From: Eledone cirrhosa
Lineage: Eukaryota
DNA: 64,000 nucleotides
Direction: 5' to 3'
Assembly (NCBI GenBank): GCA_964016885.1
Contig: OZ024742.1
Location: 267,964,001-268,028,000 of the forward strand
Position numbers and translations under genes: made by a program. Below the pieces are notes generated by a model. It was not told where the DNA came from. It saw nothing but the letters and a program-made list of their open reading frames with translations, and made no database searches. This document shows positions 27,721 through 43,215 of the stretch, one piece after another; the stretch's first letter is position 1, and each line of letters starts with the position of its first letter.

Positions 27721-28104
27721 TTGGATTTTATTATTATTATTATTACTATATATATATATATATATATATATATCTGTGTAAATACTGCGTGTTTAACCGG
27801 GACCGCTCAAATGTGTATAAATATATATATGTATGTACGTATTTCAGAAGATACTAATTTTCCTATAATTTATATAATGGTTATGATTTAAGCAAAATTA
27901 TGATAAACAAATTTAATCGATTTTCAGAAATAATTGGATCCTCACCTGAAAGCGTATATTATCCTATCAACCACAAGGAAACTTGTATTTCATCATTATA
28001 TAAAACCATTCACACTTAGTATTGTTCTGAACTGGACGTACTAATATGCATATAATTAGCGTTCGCAAGTGTTCGTAATTAATTAAGATATATAGTAAGA
28101 AGAG

Positions 28105-28480
<376 letters not shown>

Positions 28481-29282
28481 ACATATTAATTTCAATAATG
28501 TCAGTATTCCGTGTGTCATAAATTCGATCATCATTGGTTTCACGCCACTCTGCCCACAACTACTGCGACAAAATTAAATTAATATGCATAATTCCAATGA
28601 GGGAGTGAGAGGGGAGAGTAAGAAACAGAGAGGCAAAGTGAACGCTGTGTCGGATACACTATGTATATGTGTCAGTGTACAGACATGTACACACGCATGT
28701 GATGTGTGTGGAAATAAGAGGAGAAGAAAAGCAATAAGTATTAACATGTGTGCGTACGTATGTACGTGCGCATGTGTTAATGTGTGTGTGCGTGCGCGCA
28801 GCGTTGCACAGAAAGTAAAAACTATCAACATGTATGAGTGTGTGCGTGTGTGTAAGTGCACGGGTGCGTGTGTAAGTTTGCGTGCGTGTGCGCGTTTCCA
28901 TGCGTGTATGTGTGTGTACGTGCGGCGTTCCACAATCTCCACGCAGTTTATCTGTCTGTGTGCTTGTCTCTCAGTTTAACATACACAGAGTTGTGAAGGG
29001 TGCAAATGGGGACCTTTTTTTACATTGACAGACATCTTTTATATTTATTATTGTGACATATTTTGACAATTACTCTAAATGAATACTCATAATAAAAGCA
29101 ATTCGACTTTATCAAACAGTGAACTACAGCAGCGACGGCGTGCAGCCAGGAATGAAGAAAAACGGGCCGAACAGACAAAATAAAATAAACAAACAAACAA
29201 ATAAATAAATAAATAAATAAATAAATAGACAGACTGAATAAAAATGGCGTAGCCATACAATTTAACAGGAGGAAACAATAGA

Positions 29283-29324
29283 ACCACTGACGATGTTGCA
29301 GATGTGCAACGAAAGATTTATGAT
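29283..29324 (+). ncRNA. Minimal type I hammerhead
   Basis: acca CTGACGA t gttgca-gatg-tgcaac GAA a-gatt-t a tgat (one helix I mismatch). Confidence 0.75.
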
Positions 29325-29597
29325 AAACTATATATATGTGATTGTGTCTATATTGTATCCGTATTACTTTTTACCGTCGGTCAGTCAATGGCAACATTGA
29401 GGACCGAGTATATTATATTATATTAGATTACCGATATAAAAGACACAGAAGCGAAAAGCGAAAACCAACCAAACAGTGAGTGTGTTCTGTTATTAATTCT
29501 GGCAATATTACACAAATATGACCCTCCCCAAGTATAACAATATTTGTTTCGACACACGATTTCATATAAAAAACCTCGCAAAACTAATTTATCGCCG

Positions 29598-29701
<104 letters not shown>

Positions 29702-29720
29702 GTGTATATATATATATATA

Positions 29721-31090
29721 TCTATATATATGAAATCAGGATGTCTGTGTGTGTGTGTGTGAGTTTGAATCCCTAAAACTCGAAAAGCACCCAACGACTG
29801 TTTTCAAACTTTACATATGTACTAGGTATGTTTCAGGGAGTGTTCTGAGCAAAAGATTTCAAATTGTTAATGCCCTAGGAACCGCATTAGGCGATTTAGC
29901 GATCTCTCTCTATAATTCTTAGTCTTTCTCTTTTTAGATAGATACATACATATAACGTCACCCCCTTATAATATCTGTCTGTATGCCTGGCTGGCTGCTT
30001 ACGTCACTTCCCACACTTCCCTCTGCGTCCAGAACGCTCCCTTATAATATCTGTCTGTATGTCTGGCTGTCTACATCGCACTCGGCGCGTCAATGTATGG
30101 CTGTTAAACGGACCGCGAACGCATTCTGATACATTCTAAAGGCTACCAGTGGAAGCAACCGTAACACCCTCCTTCAGATTACAGAGAATGCAGTCAAAGT
30201 CACTATTAAGGGGTACAAGTGAACGTTCACATGGCCCTTTTAGGGCCACCACTTTCAATTGTTGATGGTTACCCCTCCTTTCTGGGGTGCCAATGAACGG
30301 CTTACACGGCCCTTTTAAGGGCCCTTGAAATAGCTGATGGCGATCCTTTCGTTTAGGGCTGGCAGTGAACACGCACACGCCTCGGGGCCCCTTTTATTGC
30401 ACCATTCCTCTTTAAATTTGTTAAATTATACCCACAGATTAGTAAGCGTTTGTCCAGTTGCATTTACTTACTAAGGTGCGGGGGACTCCTTCGAGAAGGC
30501 TCCACATGCTGTCCGTTTGCACGTCATGCCTTGCTCAAGCATTGCAGACTTCACTCTGACAAAAGTGGTGAAATCTGTCCTGCTGACTCATGCCACTTTA
30601 TTAAAGTTCAAAAGCACCAAGCCGATTTTCTCCACGTGGAAGGAGAAGCATACCTAACAATAATTGCATCAGAGTATTCGGTTTATTTTCTTTACATATT
30701 GTCCATGCATGCAGCTTCTCCACGATTAGGTCTGTTGGCGGCCCGCGTTATGTTTCTGGGAGTGTTATGCACATAAAAAATTCAACTTTTTGATCCCCTA
30801 GGGGCAGCATGATGTAAAAAACCACGTTTTTTCAGCTTTTTAGGGGTATTTTGAGGCGTTACGTCAGACCGATTTCCTTGAAAATGTAACTATGTATTTC
30901 TCAGTCGCTTCTTCATACCCTGAGCAAAGAAAATCGAACTTTCTTATGGCATAGGGCCTGCATTGGGTGAAAAACTTCCTTTTTTCAGCTTTTTAGGATT
31001 TCTTTTACGCGTAACGTCGAGCCGATTTTCCCGAAATTTCAAAGCATATTATGCACATAAACATTCATTATCATGATACCCTAGAGCTTG
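29721..31090 (+). mobile_element. Probable non-autonomous Helitron, 3' end not seen
   Basis: 5' TCTATATATATGAAAT followed by (GT)n, like the 8457 element; internal short duplications. Confidence 0.5.
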
Positions 31091-32268
31091 CATTACGACC
31101 CCACGCACACGAACACACACCATCACACACACACACACCCACACCTATGTACATCACCCACTCCACACACCCAACCACCACTAACCCCCACATACACACC
31201 CGCTTTCAACCCTTTCTCCACCACCAGTATACTAACACCCTCTAAAAGCCCCTTTACCACACACAATCATCCAAACACGCACACACACACCAATACACTA
31301 CACTCCCTCCTCCGTTCCCGACACCTCTTCTCTCCCTCTCACCCTATCCCCACACATCACCACCTTCTCCCTCCACCCTTCACACCTACCCATCCTCTCC
31401 CCTGTCCACCGCACCTCCGCACACACAGACACACATACAGTCCTCACCACACTGACCGTTTCTCCACCTGTCATCGTCCGCTACTGCTAACTCTTTACCC
31501 TTCCTTGACCCTCTGACCACTTCCTGTTGCGCGCGCACCCCACTTCCTTCCACTTCCGACCACCACCAACATTGAATTCTACACCACCGGTCATCCTTCC
31601 AGCCATCTACTCCATAACATGAAACATATCCAGCAGCTTCTCGCACACTCCACGGAACTACCATTTTTTTTCGCACCACGCCACCTGCATCCACACCACA
31701 TATAAACACAAACACACAAGTGCGTACCACCACATATACACACTTAGCCTCCGGAATCCACACGCCCCCTCCCTCATCCCCTGAGACCTCTCCTTCCACA
31801 CGCACACACCGACTTACACCCCATCTCACGCACACACTTTTCCTGAACATGGAACCTATTTTTTCCCCCAACTCTCACATTCACATACACACGCACACAC
31901 ACACACACACACGTACACCTACACAGATACACAAACACCACCTTCAGCCTTCCCCGTTTCGACCCCCCGCCTCCCTATCCTAACTCCACCCACCACCAGC
32001 CTTACACGCCTCGCACCCTTCCACCACTTGTTCATTTTATTGTTTATTTTTATGTTTATTTTTATTTGTTTTCCTTCCACCTTTGTTCTAAATGTCTTTC
32101 CACCCCTCCACTTCACACCCTTGGAACTCTCTTCCTACCCAATTTTCTCCTCAAGAAGGGCTTATGCCCGAAACGTCATTCCCCGCGCCCTTACTCTCAA
32201 GAGCATGAACCTAATAAACCTTTATTTGTCTGCCACCCTGTTTTTGTTCCCGCCCAACTTTTCACTAT
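31090..32268 (+). mobile_element. C-rich 3' region/pLTR of a Poseidon-like PLE (probably family B)
   Basis: Inverted homolog at 51030-51645; ends with a minimal HHR and AATAAA. Confidence 0.7.
32146..32180 (+). ncRNA. Minimal PLE hammerhead, mutated (second copy at 51119-51153, minus)
   Basis: Two-copy consensus CTGAAGA a gggc-ttrt-gccc GAAA cg TC; each copy carries one different core mutation. Confidence 0.75.
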
Positions 32269-32342
32269 ATATATATATATATAGTGAAAAGTTGGACGGG
32301 AACAAAAACAGGGAGGCAGACAAATAAAGGTTTATTAGGGCA

Positions 32343-32466
32343 TCCACTGATGAGTTTATAAGAGCCAGCTTGTGTATAAAACTATGGATTATATACAAGT
32401 TTCTACATAACCTGGAAATTATTTATCCCAAATTGTATAAATCTTATAACGAATCGGCCGTCTGGA
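32343..32466 (+). ncRNA. Type I hammerhead with branched ~95-nt helix II (A15.1 mutated)
   Basis: tcca CTGATGA gtttataaga...tcttataac GAA t-cggccg-t c tgga. Confidence 0.7.
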
Positions 32467-33357
32467 AGTAAAGAGATATTTATTTAATAATGTCTCATAA
32501 AATAATACAACCAGTTATCCACGAAATACTGATTAGTTAGCACCCCAAACACTAAATTGGGATAATACTTAAGTATATTCTAATGTTTGTTGAGTGAGAT
32601 GGAGTTGGTCGGAGTATCGGTTAAGGCTTTCTCTGTTTATATATATGTGTGTGTGTGTGTGTGTTTGCTATTAGAATTAATCCATAGATTCAATCCTATA
32701 TCTCATCCCTATAACTGTTTTATATAATTAACTATTAATGAGCACTATATATTACATTATATTCAACACTCTATCAAAACTTTAACAGACATGCATTTAA
32801 ACCTATTAATAAAACCAGTTTATTAATGAAATTTCTTATTCGAAAATAAAATTCCCTACAGGTAAAATTTCATTCTGACCACTAACACAATACAATACTT
32901 ACACACATTTTATTATTTTCTTACCTATATATTTTTTAATCTAAATTTTACTTTTCTTTAGTTCCATCTATATTCCTTTACTTGTTCTATTTTTATAACA
33001 AATTATTCCTCTTGAACAAAGAAATAACAACTATTTAGGATTGTTCTATACTATTCGATTAGATATAACACACTGATATCTGTACCTCTTTTCCTCCAAC
33101 TTTAATCTTCCTTCACCGTCCAAACTTTTCTATAAAATCTGTCTAAATTCGTTTACACTCGCAACTTTCTTTTCTTAAAGGTCATTCGATACCTCATCCC
33201 CTGACTGCTAATTTATTCATCTACTACTATCAACTTAATGGTCTATATTTCCCCTTCCTATTTTTACTATTGGTCAATCTGAACCTTGTTCTTAAAAGGT
33301 TACTTATTCATACATGTTTTTACATTCTTCAATAAACAAAACTCATTATTTCTGAAG

Positions 33358-33543
33358 GCCGGTTAATTGGCAGTATCGGTAGAGGGTCCGACGCCAGCTT
33401 TGACGCATAGAGTTACGGCCCTTGCCATTGTGAGTTCAAATCCCGCCGACGTTAATTTTGTCTTTCCTCCTTACGGGGTCGATAAAATAAAACACCAGTA
33501 ATACACTGGTGTGATTGCTGGTCTTGTGCCGAAAGTAGAAACA
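33358..33543 (+). mobile_element. tRNA-derived SINE with 13-bp TSD
   Basis: A-box tggcagtatcggtag, B-box gagttcaaatccc; TSD attatttctgaag at 33345-33357 and 33544-33556. Confidence 0.85.
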
Positions 33544-33545
33544 AT

Positions 33546-33676
33546 TATTTCTGAAGACGGCGGGTAGGGAAGACGTTGGTATATTTTCTTACTTTGATAA
33601 TTTGTAATATATTTTACATAGATCACTAATAGAATGAACATACGGAGAACTATCCCCCCGAAAAGATCGTAAGATA
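33546..33676 (+). ncRNA. Type I hammerhead with ~100-nt helix II
   Basis: tattt CTGAAGA cggcgggtag...ctatcccccc GAA a-agatcg-t a agata. Confidence 0.7.
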
Positions 33677-33870
33677 TTGAGTTTTACTATGAATTACCCG
33701 TATTTTATTTAATTTCATTGTTTTCACTATTTGCATTATTTTAACTCTGCTTCTAATGAATTACAACGTTCAAATTTTGTATTTTAAACTTTGCTTCACG
33801 ACATCTTCTACATACAGATTATATTGAGTTCTTCATACGGCTTGGACCCTACCAATATTTGGTGGATTTA

Positions 33871-33926
<56 letters not shown>

Positions 33927-35152
33927 GGTTTGAGGTTCACCACTGGATAGAGCTGGTCAATTCCGTGTGGTCAATCGCAATGTAATAATATAGAGAGTAC
34001 TCAACGTAAAGCAGTTCAACCGTCTTTGTTTCTGTAGTTGGTGGTGCTATTACGGAGTTAAATATTATAATGAAATGACAGGAGGCTGGATTTGTGTAAA
34101 TCCTTGAAAGGTTTATTATATTATGATCATTTCAATGACCGGGTTCCGTATGAATCCGGTGATATCATCAGGTATTCGAAATATAATAAGTGAATGTAAT
34201 AGATAAAATCCATGGGGCTGAAAATCAAGGCGACCGCCATCCAGCAACTTCTATCTTTGCCGGTCGCCCTCGAGTGGCGTGGCTAAACCTTACAGTGTGC
34301 TACTACCGGTCAAATAAAGGAAAACAGAAAGGGATGGGAACATAAGTTAGCGTTAATATAATGCCACAAGAAAAAAGAAAGAGTGTTATTTCTTTAATAT
34401 TAAATATTAATTTTTAACTTCATCCTATAAGTCTAAACAAAAACGTAACGTGCCAATCTTCTGCTCACACATCATAACACACTGACCCCCACTATATTTA
34501 CCTCTGCTAAGATACGGCTCCCTGTGAACATTTCTTTTCGCGCCACTCCTGGCCTGACTGTAGTCTGACATTAATATCGACCTTTCTTCCTCTTTCTTTC
34601 TATCTTTCTTCTTGTAGCCATCAACCCTGACTTTTCTACTTCTTGCTTTTCTTCCTCCTCTTCTCCCTTCTTTCTGTCTTCCTCCCGCTGCCTTATCTTC
34701 CTTCCCCTTTTTGTTTGCCTATATTTGACCGGTAGTAGTTGTTAAGATACGGGTCCCTTAGAATAAAAAATTTCTTCACGACAATCCTGGCCTGACTGTA
34801 ATACCGACCTTTCCTCTTCTTTCTTTCTGTCTTTCTTCTTATAGCTGACATTAACCCTGGCTTCTCTTCTTCTTCCTTCCCCCTTCTTCTCTCTTCTTTC
34901 TTTCTTTCTTTCTTTTTTCTTGTAGCATGATATTAACGCTAACTTATGTTCCCATCCCTTTCTGTTTTCCTTTATTTGACCGGTAGTAGCACACTGTAAG
35001 GTTTAGCCACGTCACTCGAGGGCGACCGGAAAAGGTAGAAGTTGCTGGATGGCGGTCGCCCTCAGGTCCTTGATTTTCAGCCCCATGGATTTTATCTATT
35101 ACATTATCTATTACATTATCTATTACATTATCTATTACTTATTATATTTCGA

Positions 35153-35210
35153 ATACCTGATGATATCTCCGGATTCATACGGAACGCGGTCATTGAAATG
35201 ATCATAGTAT
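35153..35210 (+). ncRNA. Type I hammerhead (copies at 34118-34175 minus and 37916-37973 plus)
   Basis: Three-copy consensus atac CTGATGA t-at-c-accgg...ccggt-c-at-t GAA a-tgatca-t a gtat; palindromic helix III. Confidence 0.85.
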
Positions 35211-35444
35211 AATAAACCTTTCAAGGATTTACACAAATCCAGCCTACTGTCATTTCATTATAATATTTAACTCCGTAATAGCACCACCAACTACAAAAAC
35301 AAAGACCGTTGAACTGCTTTACGTTGAGTACTCTCTATATTATTACATTGCGATTGACCATACGGAATTGACCAGCTCTATCCAGTGGTGAACCTCAAAC
35401 CTGAATAAATAATGCTCCTGAAATGTTGAGCACGTCCAAATGTA

Positions 35445-35632
35445 ATAATTGTTTCTACGTTTGGCACAAGGCCAGTAATTACCCAGTGCATTACTGGTAC
35501 TTTATTTTATCGACCCCGTAAGGATGAAAGGCAAAGTTAACCTCGGCGGGATTTGAACTCAGAATGGCAAGGGCCGTAACTCTATACGTCAAAGCATGGC
35601 GTACGACCCCCTCCCAATACTGCCAATCCACA
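35445..35632 (-). mobile_element. tRNA-derived SINE nested in the HHR element
   Basis: Same family as 33358-33543. Confidence 0.85.
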
Positions 35633-38087
35633 ATGAACAGCGGCATGGGACTGAATATATCTAACCACCATTCGGATTTTGGCTACTCAGTGTTTTTGCC
35701 TACCGCCCACCTGGCCCATTGCTACTTCCCTCTCAGAATATTCGGACTTCGACGAAATTCTACGGATTATACCATAACTTGTATTGTACTGCACTGTATT
35801 GACTAAATTCGCTACCCTATACTTCAGGGCATGTATAACTCACACTGAATTCTCAGACTCGAACACACACTGATTCCACTTCCACATCTATATGCATTAT
35901 CTGACTGCAACTTGAACTATATTGTATTTCTCCTGTGTCTTGATATCTCCATTTACTCCACCACCACTCTTGTTTGTTTATTTATATCTTTATATCTTTA
36001 TACCTTTGCTGTATTAATGCTTTTTCCACGTATTCTACTTCTATACATCCATGTACGTTTTACTTCCCTTATTCGAACTTTTACTCGCGTGTACCCTTAG
36101 CACTCGACACTGGAATGTCTCCCCCTGGGAACATAAATACTGCAACCTGAACTATATTGTATTTCTCCTATGTCTTGATTTCTCTATCTTACTCCACCAC
36201 CACTTTTGTTGGTTTATTTTTATATTTATATTTATATATTTATATATGTATACCTTTGCTTTACCAATGTGCTTTTCCACGTATTCCACTTCTATGTATC
36301 CATGTATTTCTACTCCTCTTATTGGGACTTTTGCTCACTTGTACCCATTAGCACACGACACTATAATGTCTCCCCCTTAGAACAAAAATTAATATTACCC
36401 GACTATATCCCTTACTCTACATCCCACTAGGATAAATTATAGAAGATCTACATAATACAATTAACGTTTCTTCATAAAAGACTCTCTTTAACTAAACCCC
36501 GCAACCCAAAACCTTAAAAAAGTTTTTTTTTAAGTTTAATTTTCAATTTTCTGTTTGTTCAATTCTCAATCTTCTTACTCTTTAATTGTATAATGTTATT
36601 CTGAATTCTTTCAACTTCATCCTATAAATTTAAACAATATTTTAACGTCCCAACTTTCAGTCGGACTGTTGCGTTGGTTTTCCTGGCGGCGGGACCGGCC
36701 CCCTGGCGCATAGGCCTACCTTGAGTGCTTGGAAAAATAAATTTCCCCTTCTTTCGGTAAATGAAACTACTCGGAGTGGCTTGATTCGGCCCAGGGGCCC
36801 GGCGCGCAGCCGGTTTTTTAACCGCCACATAGTACCTTTAAATTACAGATCAAATCAGAACTATTAGATATATCGAGCCTCCCTCTACTTAAGCAAACCC
36901 CCCTCCTGGGTAAAGGAATAGTACTGGTTTTGTACAAGAATGGCCTAACGATGCGGGCTGACTTCCTGCTGGTACAACTGAAGCCTGTTATACATTCCTA
37001 GAGTGCTGGGAAAAATCGATTTCCATATCTTTCGCTAGGCGATATCACTCGGAGTGATGGGCTGGGCTGCCCAAGCTTGTAGTCGCCGCATGCTATTTGA
37101 CGGCTAAACAAAGACATAATCTTTACTCTATAATAAAATTTAAGTGTCTTCATAAAAGACTCTTTCTTTGCCTAAACCTCACAACCTTAAAAATGTTAAA
37201 CTGTTTAACTTTAAATTTTCTAATTTCTTTAATATTAAATATTAATTTTTAACTTCATCCTATAAGTCTAAACAAAAACGTAACGTTCCAATCTTCTGGT
37301 CACACATTATAACATATTGACCCCCCAGATACGGGTCCCTGTGAACATTTTTTTGGCGCCACTCCTGGCCTGACAGTAGTCTGACATTAATATCGACCAT
37401 GCTTCCTCTTTCGTTCTATCTTTCTTCTTGTAGCCATCAACCCTGACTTTTCTACTTCTTGCTTTTCTTCCTTCTCTTCTCCCTTCTTTCTGTCTTCCTC
37501 CCGCTGACTTATCTTCCTTCCCCTTTTTGTCTGCCTATATTTGACCGGTAGAGTTGTTAAGATGAGAATAAAACATTTCTTCACGACAATCCTGGCCTGA
37601 CTGTAATACCGACCTTTCCTCCTCTTTCTTTCTGTCTTTCTTCTTATATCTGACATTAACCCTGGCTTCTCTTCTTCTTCCTTCCCCCTTCTTCTCTCTT
37701 CTTTCTTTTTTCTTGTGGCATGATATTAACGCTAACTTATGTTCCCACCCCTTTCTGTTTTCCTTCATTTGACCGGTAGTAGCACACTGTAAGCTTTAGT
37801 CACGTCACTCGAGGGCGACCGGCAAAGTTAGAAGATGCTGGATGGCGGTCGCCCTCGGGTCCTTGATTTTCAGCCCCATGGATTTTATCTATTACATTCA
37901 CTTATTATATTTCGAATACCTGATGATATCACAAGGTTTATACGGAACCCGGTCATTGAAATGATCATAGTATAATATACCTTTCAAGGATTTACACAAA
38001 TCCAGCCTCCTGTCATTTCATTAATATTATATACATATATATATATATATATATATTTGTATATATATATTTATACAATTATATATT

Positions 38088-38214
<127 letters not shown>

Positions 38215-38221
38215 TATATAT

Positions 38222-38883
38222 ATATCCAAAATTAATTAAATTAAATTAAATTAAGGGAGTCATGTCCGAGACATGCGCCATATCCACCGTAGAATAAGCC
38301 CAAAGATTCCAATGAATAGATCCGAGTATTTTATATCAACTAGAAATTGATTGACATATATATATATTTAAAATGAATGCATGAAACAATCACGGGATAA
38401 TTTGTAAAGTGTGTAATCACGCATAGCTAGGTAAGTAACTAGTTAAAGTTTAAGTAGAGCTTCAAATATAATCTTTTAAAAATTGATTAATCTTCCTCGT
38501 ATATATTTCTTTAAAGAAATATATTTCACCATTAATCCGTAAAGTTAGAGTAGTCAAATCTTGAATTTTCAGCAAAGGAGAAGATTTAACTTTATGTGTT
38601 TACACATGGAATGCAAATCTGCGAGTGAACCATCGCGCGTGTTGCAATTCTAAAACTACTAACAACATGCTAGCGTCATCCTAGTGGCATGAATAGTGTG
38701 ATTGACAGCTATAAATAACAGCCGAGTCCATTCAACTGATTTAGCTCTACCATTAAAGAGCCGTGTATATATCCAAAATTAATTAAATTAAATTAAATTA
38801 AGGCAGTCATGTCCGAGACATGCGCCATATCTACCGTACAATAAACTCAAAGATTCCAATGAATAGATCCGAGCATATTATAT

Positions 38884-38885
<2 letters not shown>
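38222..38885 (-). mobile_element. pLTR-like fragment related to PLE family F, with ~115-bp direct terminal repeats
   Basis: 38500-38790 is homologous to 62700-62990; 38222-38335 repeats at 38768-38885; degenerate HHR at ~38494-38580. Confidence 0.65.
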
Positions 38886-38934
<49 letters not shown>

Positions 38935-38955
38935 AAAATATATATATATATATAA

Positions 38956-38986
<31 letters not shown>

Positions 38987-39004
38987 CATATATATACATA
39001 TATA

Positions 39005-41489
39005 TAGTAATAATAATAAATTTGAAGACTAAAATCCAAAGAGGGCTCGATAAGCATAAATATATATCTAATATATAAGAGCCGTAGAGCAAATATTTAT
39101 TAAAATAATAGATTAAAGTTTAAGCAAAGAATCGCTGATTTCACCCTTAATGGGATCTTCTGAATCTAACAAAGTCAATCTGTGAACGCAGAAGTAAATA
39201 TTTCAAAAAACGTTGCAACCGGAGGAAGTCAGGAAGACGATACTTTGGTTCGTGGAAACGTTCCTTGGCAAAGACGAATATAACGGGAAAAAAACGAATA
39301 TAATCCGTTATTATATGGAGCGGTGAAAAACAATTACACGCAAAGACAAAACCACGTTTATGGTATAAAAGAAGTAGTAGACTAATATTCTATTAGGTGG
39401 TTCATAGAGACGTTCTCTGGCAATGAACGGGAAAAAACGAAGATAATACGTCATATGTGGAGCGGGGAGAACAATTGCACGCAAAGACAAAACCACGTAA
39501 ATGGTATAACTGAAGTCGTAGACTAAAATTCTAACTAGGAAAACGAATGATTCTCGGCTTCAGAGTTAAGAATAAAGTAAATAAAATACAGAGGTAATTG
39601 AAATTAAATAAATACATACACGCATCCATATACGTACATACACAATCATACGCGAACACGCTCGCAATAGGTATACAAATACACGCACGTCCACAAAACA
39701 AATCACCTGCACGCACATACAGAACCCACGCAACGCCTGTACCCGCACGTATAAGAATGTATACACCAAATACACATAAGAATATACTAGAAGAAAAAAT
39801 ATATATATATGTGCGTGTGTGTGCGTGAATACATATAATTAAATAAACGTATATAAATAAATAAATACGTATATAACAAGCGCACACACATACTTACATG
39901 TAAATACACATATGTTCGGAGACGCACGTCAACCAAAACACAAAGTACACATATACCCACACCCTACATTCGTACGAACCCGCATACTCACACAGACGCA
40001 AAACTCACGTATACACAACCAATAGCATATGTACCAGAATATATAATATATACGCCATAACATATACAATCAAATATACGTACGTGAAAGTATACGTACC
40101 TTCACAAAACATACAGGTAATATATACTTACCTATACAAATAAATAATGGTATAAACATAACATATACTTAGCTACCACATCAAGATGTAAAAAAAATCC
40201 GCGTATAGTTCGTACTATCCGTTAGGGTATAATGTGGGGCTGTAATACAGGAACGTTTTGAGTGGTCTTTGGCGTAGTGTATTTCCAGGGCCTCAGCGGC
40301 GTAGAGGGCACATGGTCTTTTATTTCCGTTATACGATCTAGCCCTAGCTAGGATCTCCCATTGTAACTTATATTGGGTGTGGTTGTCTTGTAGACTCCCG
40401 ATATAAGCTGAAAGTGACGTCATATTCCTTCTTGAAGAGTTACAAAAAGAATGAGTATGCATGTAAAGATGCTGCTTGAATCTATTGGCGGTTAACCCTA
40501 TGTGGGCCCTACGGGACGTGGGTGTTTAATCTTACATTTGTAGACAATGTTACTAGAGATGCATTTCCCGGATAGGGGGTAGTCAACCCGATTCCTACAA
40601 TTACAGTTAGTACTAACGACAGGGTTGCACGTGTTCCTACGGCTAGGTAGTTTAGCTAAATTTGAAGCTGTGATGCTATGTGCAAGGTTAGGAGTCGTAG
40701 AGTAAGACTTTTTAATCATATTTTTATTTAAAATGTTACTATATTTATGTGTAGGAGGAAAATGCTTCATAATAAGGGAGAGAAAGATCATAGCGAATGG
40801 TGTGGCCATCTCCATATTATATGGTGGGTTATATCATATAATGCCTCGGGATCTATTTCTTCTATGTCTATTCTCGTACTCTGTATATGCTACCTTATTG
40901 ACAAATACGCGCCGAGCAAGAGCTTCATTGTAATAAGTGGAATGGTCGTTGAAAATATGCTCGTTAGTAGATAGACGGGAAAGCCTCAAAGAAACGTTTC
41001 CAACCAGGTTCTTGGTTATGCTGGCAGGATGGTTAGAATGTTTACTTATTTAATTAAGCGTATCATTCGGCTTTCTATACGGGTAATGCAAGCCATTCGA
41101 TAAATTGAGGGTAACGTCGAGGTAATTAACGACCTAGAGGTTGGCCGCAACCTGTATGGAGAGGTTGAAGCCTTTAAAGAAAGCTATGAGTTCTTTTCTG
41201 AACCTCTCGCAAGCAGGTGGGCCGCACTTAGTCATGGTCAAAAGACCATCATCACGGTACAAACCACCGCCCACGTTTGGGAATTCTTCCTTGATAGAGA
41301 AAAGAAGGAAAAGGCCGATAAGATCAGTAACCTCCGCAGAATCGCTGGCGCCCATACTCACGTCGAATGGAGTATTATTAGATTTTTTAATCCAAATAGA
41401 GTCGTCGAAATTAATCACCGACTTACGGGCATTGAGGGTGACATCAACTTCGAAATCGTTAACCACTGTGAGTGTTTTAGCGAAATTGT

Positions 41490-41490
<1 letters not shown>
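39005..41490 (-). mobile_element. Naiad-like PLE family A, 5'-truncated (RT + GIY-YIG, disrupted)
   Basis: FDVSMGASDSAEVTDLIGL, GLYRDDGL, CNCRNR..PLSGKC...VYKC, LQWEILARA. Confidence 0.9.

Positions 41491-43215
<1,725 letters not shown>

Larger units (their letters stand above)
33922..38022 (+). mobile_element. ORF-less HHR-bearing element with PLE architecture (inverted + tandem terminal repeats, ~2.8-kb unit)
   Basis: 33922-34383 is the reverse complement of ~34905-35406; ~34388-35260 repeats directly at ~37225-38022; flanked by (TA)n. Confidence 0.75.

Noticed and set aside
33358-33450. tRNA gene
   Set aside because: A/B boxes belong to a multi-copy SINE with a TSD; no cloverleaf.
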